From assembly GCF_018350175.1 (NCBI RefSeq), contig NC_058382.1:50902001-50966000 (forward strand): a stretch of 64,000 nucleotides of DNA, in the 5' to 3' direction. Shown here one piece after another: positions 38,067 to 51,082 of the stretch (position 1 is the stretch's first letter; every line of letters begins with the position of its first letter). Made by a program: the position numbers and the translations under genes. Below the pieces are notes generated by a model. It saw only the letters and a program-made list of their open reading frames with translations. It was not told where the DNA came from and searched no databases. Source of the stretch: Felis catus. Its lineage: Eukaryota.

Positions 38067-38839
38067 GGGGGTGGGGAATGATGAGGCAAAGGAAACAAAA
38101 TATTAACAATTAGTGAATTGGGCTACGGTAGTTCCTTGCATCATTCTTACGTCTTTAATTTTCATACCTTTTACACCTTTCTGCACTTAAACATTTACTA
38201 GAACAACCATTAAAGCTCTTTTCTAGAGAAAAGTAGCAAAGCAATTTTGGTCACTGCGATGCACTTTAAGGAGCTAAATGCTTTCTCCACCAAAAACAAA
38301 CCCGCTAAGCTAAAGGAAAGGGCTCAACCTTTCTCAATAATATTCACAATTTAGAAAAAGATGCTACAATATTGAGTACAAAATCAGCTCGAGGCTGTCT
38401 CAGAAAGGCAATTTAAGTGGGGAGAAACATTTTAGGCATAAACAAACATTTAGGCTACTTTATCAGAAAATAAAAGTAAGTCTCCATAGTGAATCAAGAC
38501 AAAGATTTAAATCCTGGGTGGCATCTCTTCTCACCCCCCCTTCTTCTCACTCCCCTTCTCACACCCCTCACGCCCATCTTCTGCCACACTGTCCCAAATC
38601 CAGCACAACTCAGTTCTGGGTGTAAAAGTAAGTATTCAATCAACTGGACGTGACCGCAATCACTGGACTCTTAAACGAAAAAGCACGTAACTGAACACGA
38701 GCTAGCTATAGGTAGACGTAGTGAGAAAATTAAGTCTTCAAAAAATAAAGACCACACCTACCCACCCCCAACACGTGTAACTACATGTAGCCTTGAAAAT
38801 AGCTGCCATCCTACTATAGTATCTCTGACAGGCTGAACA

Positions 38840-39370
38840 ACATGTAGAATTTGGGATTTAGGGAACGTCGCCTTTGGCGATGTATCTAAATTTGTGGACG
38901 TCAGATTGCTCTTCTGTTAAATTTGGGTAATAATATTTAACTTGGAGAATTACAATAGAGGAGAAAAGCCTACAGCTCCTGGACCACGTGCCAGCATTCC
39001 GCTTACCAATACGCACAGATTACCTCATTTAACGCCATGAACATCCCTACCAGACTGGCTCAGTTACGATGTTCCATTTTACAAGTGAGTTGAGTAACCT
39101 GTCCAAGGTGACAACTCTGGTAAGAAGCAAAGCGGAGTGTCAAACCCCAACTTAGACGGCTCCAAACAGTCAACAAAGACTGGTGGTTAGGATGCACCAC
39201 GCGCAGAGCTGTGCTCCCTGGGTCTGGAGGCTCGCTCTAGCACCTGGCAATGCCACAACATTGGCCAAGTCATTTCAGTTCCCTGTGCCTTTCTTTCTTC
39301 AAAATTGCAATCATAGTAGCAGCAACATTCTGATGAAGAGTAAAAAATATTCACGGATGATGCATTAATT
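38840..39370. mobile_element. Cluster of MIR fragments in mixed orientation
   Basis: CCTCATTTAA..CCATTTTACAAG..GAGTAACCTGTCCAAGGTGAC; TTGGCCAAGTCATTTC. Confidence 0.6.
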
Positions 39371-39574
39371 CAGATATTAAAGAGAGGCTTTATATTGAGA
39401 AATGACGTTTATATTGAGAAATATCAGATGGAAATGACGGTAAGCTTCATGGATTTTACTAAAGACAGCAGAATTACATGAAAGTCTGTTAACCATGATA
39501 AATACATTGTGTGTGTATGTGTGTGTAAAATAGGCTCTTAGATCCTGCTAGGCTCTGCGCCAAACATGATTATA

Positions 39575-39624
39575 TCTACACATATATATTACTATATATA
39601 TACTATATATATACTATATATATT
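39575..39624. repeat. (TATATATAC)n-type AT repeat
   Basis: Direct read. Confidence 0.85.
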
Positions 39625-41606
39625 AGTTTGGCATTAGAAATACAGTGGTGTTTCGCAAGAGCTGGCATGATCTAAGAACCTCAATGGAGTTATCTATTGT
39701 TATATGTAAAATATACAGTAGCTTATCAATAAATGGTTATCACTTGTAATAAATTCAACTGAGAAAAAGTGCCTAATTTTTACTTAAGTTGCGGAAGCCT
39801 GAAAAAAAAAAACAACCCTGCAGCTATGAAGATAATATTACGCAGATTTACATTATTCCAGGGCATTAACTTAACATCTACTAAATTAAATGCAGCAGTG
39901 CCAACGCACGAGACAGAGTCTGTGATTAAATAAAAGGCACAATAGACAGTAACTGTTTTGAATGTCTTGTGATGCTTTTAAAGCTCTTTAGATGTACCCA
40001 GCCACAGGACACTAATTTTAAATGATCAACTCTTATAGAGTAATTGGAGTATAGTCTTAACTCATTTAATATTACTTACAGAGCTGACGGCTTCTGTGTC
40101 AGCTAAGCATACAGGTTTTTATGGAGCTATTTTGTACATACTTTGGAGTTTTCTTTTTAATGCCTCTATATAATTATAATTAGTTCAGGAGGCCCAGTAA
40201 CACTTTGAGATAATTGTGCATAAATTAATTGCTAAAGGGCACAATTAACTTTTTATTAACGTTTGCAATAATAAACATTCAACTCGGTTTCTAATATTTC
40301 ATAAATTATATTCCATATTTTAATTGCTCCTATAGCAAGTTTTATTACTTAATGTCCTTGAATATTTGCCTTGGGGACCAAAGCAAGCACTCCAACATGC
40401 TTAATCCCAAAGAAAACCTGTGTTCAATTAGACAGCAGGAGTCAAGCAAGCACTGAATGAAATCCCCCTCTGCTGCAAGAAAGAGTTACAAAGAGGCATT
40501 CCTTCGCAGGAAACTTCTCTATGGGAAGATAAGCCAACGATAAGAGTAATGCTTTCATAAAATAATACAACTGACCTCTTTAAGGAAACTGGGCTTTTTT
40601 AACCACAGAAATTAAGCATCACCCTGAGCCACCCAGGCGCCATGTTACAATTCAGGGCATTCAATCACGAATCAGGTTCACCAATGGTGTGGTAGGCTTG
40701 TTCCTTCTCAGGACTCACAGTGGAAACCATGCATTCCGACTCTGAGTAAGCCTCCCACCCCATAGAGAAAAAATAATACTTAATTTCCCAAAGAGGCATC
40801 CTCCAAGCTCTCTGCTTTGGGGTTACAAATCTGGCTCCAGAATACTGGGAGAGAGTATTGGAATCTCTCTCTCCACGAGGAGAGAGATGGGATCTCCACG
40901 TGTACTTAGCGGACATTCACACGATCTAGTGATTTTCAGTAAAATTCCTTCACCTCGCTGACCCTCATTTGCACCTGATGTTTTATGACCAAAAGCTTCT
41001 CTTGAATGTCGTTATTAAATATCCCCGAGACCAGGAAGCACTTACATGATTGGCTGATTTAAGGATGGACTCTATTTTTGACATCTGGAACCACTCCCCC
41101 AAAGCTTCTGTTTTAAGGTCTCTTGAAAGCTTTGTTACTCCACAGTTGATGAACAGAGGAGCCTTCAAATATAAAAAGGCTGTGGGCTTTCCTCAGAACC
41201 AGAACAGAAGGATTCATGGAGAACCTTACTCTCCGCACAGCCTGGGCTTAGAGTAGCCCTCACAGGCAAGAAAGAGAAGCTGGATCCTCTGGAGGTCACA
41301 GAGAGGAAGACAAGAGCGGGACGGGGCAGCCTCTGACATGCCCTTGGAGTCAAGCAGTAGAAACATGGAGTAGGCTCCACCACTTACGGTCAAGCTAAGG
41401 GATGCTCTGTAGGTACCAAATGGCGGTCTTTGCCGAGTCTCCTCGTTCCATTATATATTTAAGTGGGGGGGGGGGGGCGGGGGAGCAAATATAGAAAAGT
41501 GTATTTGTTTAAAGATTTCCATTACATACTCTGTAAATGAAAAGGCAAATTGCAAAACTTGATCATGTATTTTGATTTCATTTTGTGTTAGAAAATAGTT
41601 TGATTA

Positions 41607-41815
41607 GGGGCGCCTGGGTGGCTCAGTTGGTTGAACATCTGACGTGTGATTTTGGCTCAGGTCATGATCCCAGGGTTGTGGGATCGAGCCCCAGGTTGGG
41701 CTCTGCACTGGGCATGCAGCCTGCTTGAGATTCATTCATTCATTTTCTCTCTCTCTCTCTCCTACTCTCTCACATGCTCTCTCAGAAAAGAGAGAAAGAG
41801 AGAGATAAAAGAAAG
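41607..41815 (+). mobile_element. CAN-SINE within an old L1-like 3' fragment
   Basis: Head present; imperfect TSD AGAAAA(T/C)AGTT..ATTA. Confidence 0.9.
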
Positions 41816-42000
41816 AAAACAGTTCAATTATGTGTACGCATATGTGTTTTTAAATGCCAAAGAAATATCTTGACTCTCAGGAGAGGAGCTGGAGTTGCAG
41901 GAAGATAAGGCAATGGAAGCTTTTTGGTTATTACTGAATTATTTCACTTTATTTTTACTTATATTATTTTACTTTATCCTTCAAAATCATTTTTGTGTAA

Positions 42001-42573
42001 GAGAAATATAATGGAAGCCACATATAGGATTTAAAACAAAATTTTTTTAAGTTTATTTATTTTGAGAGAGACAGAGACTGNNNNNNNNNNNNNNNNNNNN
42101 NNNNNNNNNNNNNNNNNNNNNNNNNNNNNNNNNNNNNNNNNNNNNNNNNNNNNNNNNNNNNNNNNNNNNNNNNNNNNNNNNNNNNNNNNNNNNNNNNNNN
42201 NNNNNNNNNTGCCAGCACAGAGCCAGACATGGGGCTTGAACTCATGAAACCACAAGATCATGACCTGAGCTGAAACCAAGAGGTGGGCTCTTAACCACCT
42301 GAGCCACACAGATGCCCCTAAATTATAATAGTCACGTTAAAAAAAAAGAAAAATGTATCCTAATATCTATCATTTAACCTAATATATCAAAAGCATTATC
42401 ATGTCAGTATACAGTCAATACAGAAGTATTGAAATGTTGTACATCCTCTTCGTGCAAAATTTCTGAAACTCATTGTGTATTTTACACTTACAGCAGATCT
42501 CAGTGTGAACTAGCAACATTTTCAGCATGCAACAGCATCATATGGTTAGTATCTACCAAACTGAACAATACAG
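42001..42573 (+). mobile_element. MER33 (hAT-Charlie) element interrupted by an antisense CAN-SINE (42041-42318, containing gap 42081-42209)
   Basis: GAAATATAATG..CACATAT, then TGTGTATTTTACACTTACAGCA..CTAGC..ACATTT..ATGGTTAGT. Confidence 0.8.
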
Positions 42574-42780
42574 TTTCATACTACTTAAGTTATTACAGTG
42601 AGCACTTTTACAAAAAATAGTAATAAAATCATATACTGCAAATGGCTATGTCCAGGTAAAATAGCTAAATTTCCTAACTACCCTATTTCTTTATATTGCT
42701 AAGAATATATCTGAAAAGCAGATCACTTTCTCATTATGTCATTAAGTTAATCAAAGCAGATCACCTTCTCTTCAAGGCCT

Positions 42781-43385
42781 TGTGAAACAGAACAAAGAAA
42801 AACTTCATTTAAAACAGAGTTGGGAGGGCGCCTGGGTGGCTCAGTCGGTTGAGAGGTTGACCGTCATGGTTTGAGCTTCCCCCAAAGTCCTCAGGCTCTG
42901 TGCTGACTGCTCAGAGCCTGTAGCCTGTTTCAGATTCTGTGTCTCCCTCTCTTTCTGCCCCTTCCCTACTCTCTCAAAAATAAATAAACATTAAAAAAAA
43001 TTAAACAGAGTTGGGAGGCCAGAGGTGAAAGCTGCCATGACCCAACAACTTGGAGTCAACTGCCAATCCCAACAGGAGGAAGTGAAATTTACCACCATGG
43101 CAGGAGGAAGGAAGAATTTTTCCTTGCCTGGCAACAACCCAGCCAATGAGCAACTGTCACCATCCTCAACTCTCACTTTCCTCCAATGGATTTGCAGGCA
43201 AAGCAGCCCCTCCCAACTTCCGCCTTTCTCTCTACAAATGTGGTAACACTGCTCTCCTCTGTTTTCTAGATTTGCCTGTGGTTTTGGCACAGTCTGTGTG
43301 GCCCAGAACTGCAATTCCTTTGCCATTTCCGAATAAACCCATTTTGGCGGTAAAATAACTGGCTGTCTTATTTTCAAGATCAACA
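42781..43385 (+). mobile_element. Solo ERV1-class LTR (family not assigned) with an internal SINE
   Basis: TG...CA ends, CCAAT boxes, AATAAA at 43332, 3' end CTTATTTTCAAGATCAACA; host TSD not clear. Confidence 0.7.
42826..43002 (+). mobile_element. CAN-SINE inserted in the LTR
   Basis: TSD AAACAGAGTTGGGA at 42812-42825 and 43003-43016. Confidence 0.93.
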
Positions 43386-44585
43386 GTCGAAACCCACCTC
43401 GATGACACATAACAGTATCGCTTTTGATCTCTTTCATCTCAAGCACTTGCTCCAATAAGCAGGCATAGTACTCATTAATATTCATAAATTGTGAAGGAAA
43501 TAAATCACAATGCCTGTGCTTTGTAAACAGCGTGGAGCATTAAAAAATGCTACTGCATCCAGAGGCATGAGGCCAACTGAAGTGTTATTAGCAAGACCAA
43601 TGTGAGGGCACTGGGGAAGAAAATTTGCTGGTAGGAGTGAGATATGAAGTTTAACATGGGTGGAACCTGGGCCGGAACAGGTTGAAACACGGACATGACT
43701 GAATTACGAGTAACTAGTTTCTCACTTCTAAAGAAACAGTTAATCTCATTGTGGATCAACAGAAACTCCTGGTGTTCTGTTCAACAAGAGCACATGTTAC
43801 TTCACTTTCTGTGACTGAGCCACCCATGGGGAAAAAAAAAATAACTAAAACTAGGAGATATTCCCATTGAGACTATTTTCCTCCACGCCCAGAGAGGTCC
43901 GGTCTTGCTGTTTTATAATAAATAGCCACCTTCTTCTTCCAAAGAAACACCTTCTTCCCCAACAGCAGGGCAAAGCTAAGGGAAAAAGCAAGGGGGGGAC
44001 ACGTTTCTCAAATCATTTCCAAGAATGTGAGTCTATTCACGTTGTTCCAAACTCCAAGCTCTGTAGTTGTCCTGAAAATCTTATGAGAACAGAGAATCCA
44101 CAGTTTCCCCTCCACTGTAAAGGGATCAGAGCTGTGGCACCACTTTCCAATTGAAGCCCGTTTGACTCGGAACTGGTGGGTGAACCCTTACACCCACTAT
44201 ACTCACACATAAGTTTCAGCACACACTTACACACACACACCACTCAAAAGTAACACAACGCACACCACAGACACAAACACATTCACATAAATACTACGTA
44301 CAACACACACACACATATTTGCAAATATAAATACTCAACTTATGCTATATTTGTTTTATTGAGTCACTTACTTGTAAATTTAACATTAGAACTTGTCTGA
44401 TATATAAAACAAGTCATTTTTTTAAAGGGCTGCATCTAGGCTTTCAAAACATTATTGTTGTTGATTTGTATTTATTTTTCCTTTCTGTGTCATATCTTCC
44501 CCAAGTTTTTAGTTCTGCTGTCCTGCTATCCTAGTTTTTCTTGTCATTTTCTTAAGTATAATAGTTGGGAAAACATCGTGGCACA

Positions 44586-44770
44586 GGGTGGCTGGGTGGC
44601 TTAGTCGGTTGAGCATCCTACTCTTGATTTCAGCTCAGGTCAAGATCCCAGGGTCATGGGATTGAACCCCGTGTCGGGCTCCACGTGCTCAGCATGGAAC
44701 CTGCTTGAGATTCTCACTCTCCCTCTGCCCCTTCCTCACTCACACTCTAAAAATAAAATTTTTTTTAAAA
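44586..44770 (+). mobile_element. CAN-SINE (older type)
   Basis: Head with CTCTTGATTTCAGCTCAGG; AATAAA tail. Confidence 0.9.
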
Positions 44771-46281
44771 ATGCATCTCAGCATAATTTTCTGAGTGTTT
44801 AAAGTAACCAGCTCCTCATTGTATATAGGATATATATGATATAAGATAAATATATAAAACATCACATATAGCTGTATATATTGTATAGACAGATCTCAAA
44901 AAGAATAAAACAACTCTTCCAGTCAATTTTGAATACTGATAAGCTGGGGGCATTTCTTGCTCTTCTTTTTTCTTTTCCTTTCTTTCTTTCTGTTTTTTTT
45001 TTTTTTCCCCTTCGGAGTGAAGGAGAAAACACATCTGTTCCTGACTTGCGCATCAGAACTCTTTCAAGTCACTTTAGCAACATTAGCTCTTGTTGCTAGG
45101 CGAGAGATCTTTGATCCTCCTGAAAGGAGCTACCTTATTTGAGGACATGACAAGGCTCACAAAAAAGTACAGCGTAAACAGTGTCATGTGAATGGCATGA
45201 CGTTTTTACGCACTGGTGTTGAGACGTGACCTGCGTCAACTCTGGAATATGCCGCGCGTTGTTTGTCGCTTCATCAATATTTCTCTTTGGATTCTCAAAA
45301 GCATCAGTTGAAGTATGCGCTCTTCTCTTTCTGACACAAGGACGTGAAAACGTGTGTGCCCGCAAGGATGATTTCCTCCTGCACACTCCCATTTTGCCTC
45401 CTCTGCACAAACCCCATCAATGGAGACCTTCCTACTTATTTCTCTGGGTTGCTTCTTCTCTATTTCGGCCACACTTTCTGCTGCAGTGCGATACGAATGC
45501 ATGCATGTGATGAGTGATGGATACAAAGAGACAGACCTTGTCCTAGATAACAGTTTCTCGGACTTTGTTGGACAAAGCGTACCTAGGAAGTTCACTCTTT
45601 TTACCAGAAACCTATGCCAAATTGGTATTTTACATCCACATTTATTGTTGATGTTTAGGTGATACAGGAGTCACGTAAAAGCCCCAATCCATATGTGTGG
45701 GATGTATTTGTGATAGACTCTCGAAGACTTGACAAGCAATTGTTGTTACTGCGGGTTTATTCAAAGAAAATAACTTTCCTTCTTGTATGTGGAGAATACA
45801 AGGCAAAATTCAGTAAGGCTGTCTTGCTGGGAGTTCAAGACTGATAAACCCATTCAGGAGGCAGAAGATAAAGGAGTCAAGTGAAGAAACCTCGGGGGGC
45901 TCATTCTCAGAAATAACCTTTGTAATTTGGGTTTTGTCAGCTCTGTCGAGAACAAGGACAGAGCCTTTATACTAGATGACTGTAAAGTGACAGATAAATC
46001 CAAGTTAACTCAATCAGATCCAATCTTACTAATTATTAATCAAACGCATTAATATATTCAGAACAGTAGTAATTAAATAGGCATTGTCCCCCTTGCAAAC
46101 GTTTGTACCTGGAGTTAAAAATCTATCTATAGCTTCACTGATTTCGCTCTTTCATGGCGTAGGAGAAGAAACTAATGCGTGTTCCAAAAACAAAAACTAT
46201 AATGCTATGATTAGCTACAGATACAGATGGAGATACATGTAATATACACCTGTGTAGGTAAATTATACATGTAGCTACGTG

Positions 46282-46282
<1 letters not shown>

Positions 46283-46322
<40 letters not shown>
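46283..46322. repeat. Perfect (TA)n microsatellite
   Basis: Direct read, ~20 units. Confidence 0.97.
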
Positions 46323-46328
<6 letters not shown>

Positions 46329-46509
46329 ATGTTCATATCAATTCTGCGATACATTTCATTCATTGTACACATAATGATCGTAACTTAAAAACCACTGTAC
46401 CCAATTCACTAGTTGATAGAGAGAAAACAATACTCTTCTGAGCACTGACTATGTGCAAAATATATTCCCATATGTGATTTCATTCAAGGCTCAAAAATTC
46501 TTATGAATA

Positions 46510-47000
46510 AAATGGCCGAGTAAGGAGCTGGAAAAAAACTCTCTCCCTAGCAAAACAGCAATTTGTCTGACAAGCATTTTAAATATCATTTTAATTCTCT
46601 GGAAATTGTCCTAAGAGCACACAGTAAAGGGAGAAATGTTCTTTCAACACAGGGCAAAGCCTTACCGGCACAATAGGCTGACACACAAATTCTGACCACA
46701 TATTGACCGAACAGCAAGCAACTCTGACCCAGAGGGAACAGATAGGAATCAGGTTTCAGAATAAAATCATACTCGTCCTCGGAAGTCTGGAAGACTCTGT
46801 GCATGCTCCAGCCTGTGTCCTCTGAGAGGGACCTTCCAAGTTCATAGACCCTGGCTCAAGAGAAGGCAAACAATGTAAACCCCTGAACTGCGATAATATT
46901 CTCCAAGCCACAGACACGTCCAATGATAAAGGGTAAACATCAAATTGGCAAAGACTATTTAATCATAATATTGGACTGCCCTAGGTAGCCAGGCTCCAGG
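46510..47000 (+). mobile_element. Possible old L1M 5'-region fragment
   Basis: AATGGCCGAGTAAG..CATTTTAATTCTCTGGAAATTG..GAGAAATGTTCTTTCAA resembles L1M 5' ends. Confidence 0.45.
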
Positions 47001-47538
47001 ATTATAAGAAGGGAATGAAACACTTTCAGCGGAACAAGAGACCTTTGGGGGTGTGTGTGGAGGCCGGGGCGGGGGTGGGGGAGGAAACTTCCCAAAATTA
47101 GTTCAAGCGGTCCCTAAGCCAATAAACAACAGAGCAGGAAAGAAGCAGCCAATAACAACAGCCTTCGATAGGACCGACACTGCTGAAGCCCCTCTGGGTG
47201 AGTGCAGTAAGGAGAGCTCTCAGATGTACCAAAGCAGAGTCCAATGGCAAGTTCTCTATCCCAAAACATCGTATTAGAGAAGGTGAAAACTGCACACAAA
47301 AGAACTGCAGCTCTACTAGATACTTAACCAAAGGAGGAGACAGAGGGAAAGTTTCTTTTCTAGGCTCTGTGCTCACTGTCCACAACACCAACTCTGTACA
47401 AGATCACCACTGTCTGCTTCACCTTACAATCTAATTCCCCCTTTTTTTCCCCTGCTAGCAGTTGTGTGTGTGTGTGTGAGCTCAACCCAGGTTTGCTTGA
47501 GACATGATACTTCCAGTCAACAGAAGAGGATTTGGATT

Positions 47539-47750
47539 AGGGGCACCTGGGTGACTCAGTTGGTAAAGCATCTGACTCTTGATTTTGGCTTGGGTCACAA
47601 TCTCATGGTTATGTTTCATGAGTTTGAGCCCCACATCCGGCTCTGCTCTGAAAGCACAGGGCCTGCTTGGGATCCTCTCTCTCCCTCGCTCTGTGCCCCT
47701 TTCCTGCTCGTGCTTTCCCTCTCTCTCAAAATAAATAAACAAATTTTTTA
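47539..47750 (+). mobile_element. CAN-SINE
   Basis: TSD AGGATTTGGATTA on both sides. Confidence 0.93.
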
Positions 47751-47844
47751 AAAAAGGATTTGGATTAAAAACTGCAGTTTAACTAGAAAAAATAAGAAAA
47801 CACATTATAAGTTAATGCTATCTATTATACATAATACAAGTGTG

Positions 47845-47895
47845 TGCACATACACACACACACACACACACACAAATGTATATACACACACATAT
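47845..47895. repeat. (CA)n microsatellite
   Basis: Direct read. Confidence 0.9.
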
Positions 47896-48479
47896 ACCTT
47901 TAGTAATTAAGTTATTTCCAACCAGCCTCTTGATGAAATGGCTCTCACCCTTTAAAGTATAAGAAAACTATCTAAACCACTTTTCTAAGATTACTAGATT
48001 TCTCGGCCACACTGGGCTGAAATCCTAACATTATCTTTTTGCCCAGTGCTTAAGGCCAACTTCTCTGGTCTATTAACTGACTTGTAGAAAGGAAGAGTAA
48101 ATTGTCCTTGACTGCACAAACACCCTGATTTTTTTTTCCATGAATACAAATGGAAGATTTTTAAAGTTTGGCAGTTTGCAAACATGACTCCCAAGACAAA
48201 TTAAAGATCATGAATACTTCCTCCCCGCACCCCCCCCCACCCGCCATAGTTTGATTTTTTTTGGAAGTAACCTTGGCTGTGATGAGGATTCTGACACTGT
48301 TTGGCAATCTTAGGAAAGCCAAATAATCTCTCCAGACACATTTTTTTAATTAATTAAAAAAGTGTGAATTTGATGTAGGAAGCAGAAACCAGACAACCTC
48401 AAATACTTTCCCAGTTTAAACAACTGAGTGTTTCATAATTTAATATGCATAGAATTCATACTCTCCTCCTCCTGGACTT

Positions 48480-49520
48480 CTAACAGACGTTCCCACCATA
48501 TGTTCCCCCCATGCTTTCTGCAGTGATCCGCTGTAGCAATTATTTGATTGTATTGAAATTTTGTTTTATATATTTGTCATCCCAGTAGCTTCTTCACTTC
48601 TTGAGGCCAAGGCCCAAGTCTGAAATCTTTTTCTTTTTTCCCCATCTCCATACTCTAAGTTCTATAGATCTAGCTTAGCACCAAAGTGATTCTAAACATG
48701 GAATCAAGTGAACTGAAGAAATGAATAAATTGATAGTATTAAGTCATTAAAATTTATCTCCTTCTAGTTCCTTACTTCTACTTTAGAAAATAAAGAGTGT
48801 ATCAGGTGTGACCCTCACAAGAAGCAGCCACCTGGGGAGGGGGGGGGGGACATATTCCAAGTGGACTGGTCCAATGTTTCCTACCTTAATATGCAAGCTC
48901 TCAAGCCCATGGACATGTTCCCAACATATCCATGTAGATGTTACATGCTTTGGTCCTCAAGAGTAACTTGGGAAAGTACAAATATCTTGGTAAGACAGAA
49001 TAGAAGGTACTCATTAGAAAGCGCTAAAAGGGGCTAAGAGCAGGCATGCTGTGGGCCAAGAGGAATCCTGGATGAGGGAAGACACAGAACAGGACCCTTT
49101 GCTTCCTTTACTCCTGGTTTGCCTACCATATGCCAGACACACAGTAGACCCTGGTCCACATGCATCTTAAGGGCTGGCGGGGAACAGGGATTATTAAGCA
49201 AGAAGTGTTGCCACAGAATGATCAGTCCTGGGTTTAGGTAAAGGCCAGGGGGATGACTTAGAATTGGGGAAGGCTTCCAGGAGGTGGCGGCCTCTCTGTT
49301 GACATCTGAAGAGCTACAGAAGTGAATGAGATAAAACACGGGGAAAACACGGGCCATGCGGTGCCAAAAATGCACATAGAGGAGAGAGAGTATTCAGCAG
49401 TTAATGTAAGATCCATGTTGCAAGGTTTGGAATGCTCAGGGGAGGAGGGGACAGAGAGAGGAGGCTGCAAACTTATCCAAGAGTTCTTTGTAAACCATGT
49501 AAGACCTGAAAGCTGCATTT
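48480..49520. mobile_element. L2 fragments (~48480-48730 on +, ~49110-49520 on -)
   Basis: CTTGAGGCCAAGG..GAATGAATAAATT; CCTACCATATGCCAGACAC..GGAAGGCTTCCAGGAGGTGG..TAAACCATGTAAG. Confidence 0.6.
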
Positions 49521-50318
49521 AAGAATTCCATCTTAGGATCACAGAGTATTCCTAACTTCAGCATCCATCGGTCAATCTTGCCTACAACACAGATTGTTGA
49601 TTATTGTGACGACGGCATTTGCAACTTCTCTCTGAAGTAAAAAAAGAATATATATATAATATACTGCTTATGGGAAAACCAAGGTTCCCGTCTCTTTAGG
49701 ACTTCGTTGGCACATTACTAACAAAAATCGATTTCCTTCTGTGGAGGTAAGTTTTAACTTACCAGACAGATGGGCAGGCAGAGGGCAGTCGCGGTGGACA
49801 TAACAACCGTCGGACATGTTGGAAATGCTAGAAACGCTTTGCTCAGAGCAGGGACGGCAGACGCTGAGACAAGGCAGGTGAAAAACACCGTCTCCAGGGT
49901 GTCCCAGAGGGCAGTGCGGCAGCCACAGGTGGAGGCAAAAGTCATTTGACCAAACTCTAGAAGATTCAAGGGAGGCTGTTTCTTTCCTCCTGGCTCACCT
50001 GTGCCTTTACGACGAGATGGGGGGCATCTCTGCAGCCAACACGCAGCATGCGAAGGGGGGCTGGGCTGAAAAGCAGAGGACGGAGCAGAGACAGAGAAAG
50101 CATCAATGTCTCTGAAGAGGTCAGTGACGGGCTGACCAGTCAAACTGCAGGAAAACCACCCCCAGAGCAACTGTCATGTTGGAGAATCACCTGCTCACCA
50201 CCGCACTGGGCATTACAGTAAGGATAGGGTCTACCTGAGGCCAAAATCATCCTGACAAAGGAAGCCCAGCACAGCCTCAGTGAATGGAGTTTCAGAGAAG
50301 CAGCCCGGGGAACAGGTG

Positions 50319-50670
50319 TCACTTGAGCCCATCAGAGCTTAATAGAAGGTAATGGAAAACACACGCCGCAAGCCTGATTTATCGCAATCTCCCTAGAGGT
50401 GTATTTCACACTACTTCCAGCCTCAGAATATTACGAAACACCCTTTACAATTTCAGATGGAGCCTACGGCTCTATTTGCTTTATAGCCCACAAGATTCCA
50501 CAGACTTCACGTGATTATTGGCTCTACTTTCCTCATTGTTCGCTTCCTGCAACAACTAAAACTCCACTTCACATCTAATCACCATTTCGGGTTTGAAGCC
50601 GCTGCCTGGTGTTGACACTTCGTAGATGTCGTATGGCTCTTCTATGTCTCCATTTACTGATGAGGATCTT
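50319..50670 (+). pseudogene. COX3: COX3 3' half (NUMT pseudogene)
   Basis: Mitochondrial-code translation [73 protein letters not shown]; +1 frameshift near 50489; AGA at 50493 and 50502. Confidence 0.96.
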
Positions 50671-50739
50671 ACTCCTTTAGTATTAATCAGTACAGTTGAC
50701 TTCCAATCAACCAGTTTTGGTATAATCCAAAAAGGAATA
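50671..50739 (+). pseudogene. MT-TG: Mitochondrial tRNA-Gly(TCC) copy in the NUMT
   Basis: 69 nt between COX3 and ND3; anticodon arm GTTGA-CTTCCAA-TCAAC with TCC at 50702-50704. Confidence 0.93.
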
Positions 50740-51082
50740 ATAAATATCATTGAGCCCTACTTACTAACATGCTATTATCTACTCTACTCATGTTAATTGC
50801 ATTCTGATTACCCCAATTAAATATTTATGCAGAAAAAGCAAGTCCCTACGAATGCAGATTTGACCGACTAGGACTGGCCCGTCTACCTTTCTCCATAAAA
50901 GTTTACCTAGTCGCCATTGCATTCTTACTATGTGATCTAGAAATAGTACTAGTCCTGCCTCTACCCGGAGCTTCACATATAACCTACCAACTACACTCAC
51001 CATAGTACTACTATTAATTTCATTGTTGGCCGTAAGCCTAGCCTATGAATCAATCCAAAAAAGTACTAGAATGGACTGAAGA
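50740..51082 (+). pseudogene. ND3: ND3 (NUMT pseudogene)
   Basis: ATA start; [43 protein letters not shown], with several indels. Confidence 0.95.

Larger units (their letters stand above)
37140..38150 (+). mobile_element. Old L1 (L1MC4/5- or ME-type) 3' region, interrupted by a SINE and (CA)n
   Basis: CACCTTAACCAGATGGTCAAAGTTAACATC..CACATCACTTCTGTGG..TAATCTAATCATG-like blocks. Confidence 0.75.

Noticed and set aside
41464-41484. G-runs here and at ~47066 and ~53928 as G-quadruplexes
   Set aside because: Short homopolymer-type runs with no promoter context; common background.
42991-43485. 164 aa minus-strand ORF
   Set aside because: Antisense read-through of a solo LTR and SINE tail.
45135-45662. 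Overlapping ORFs, considered as an hAT transposase or processed pseudogene
   Set aside because: No catalytic or family motif found on manual translation; no poly(A) or TSD.
50556-51003. Minus-strand ORFs over the NUMT
   Set aside because: Antisense frames of COX3 and ND3; not genes.
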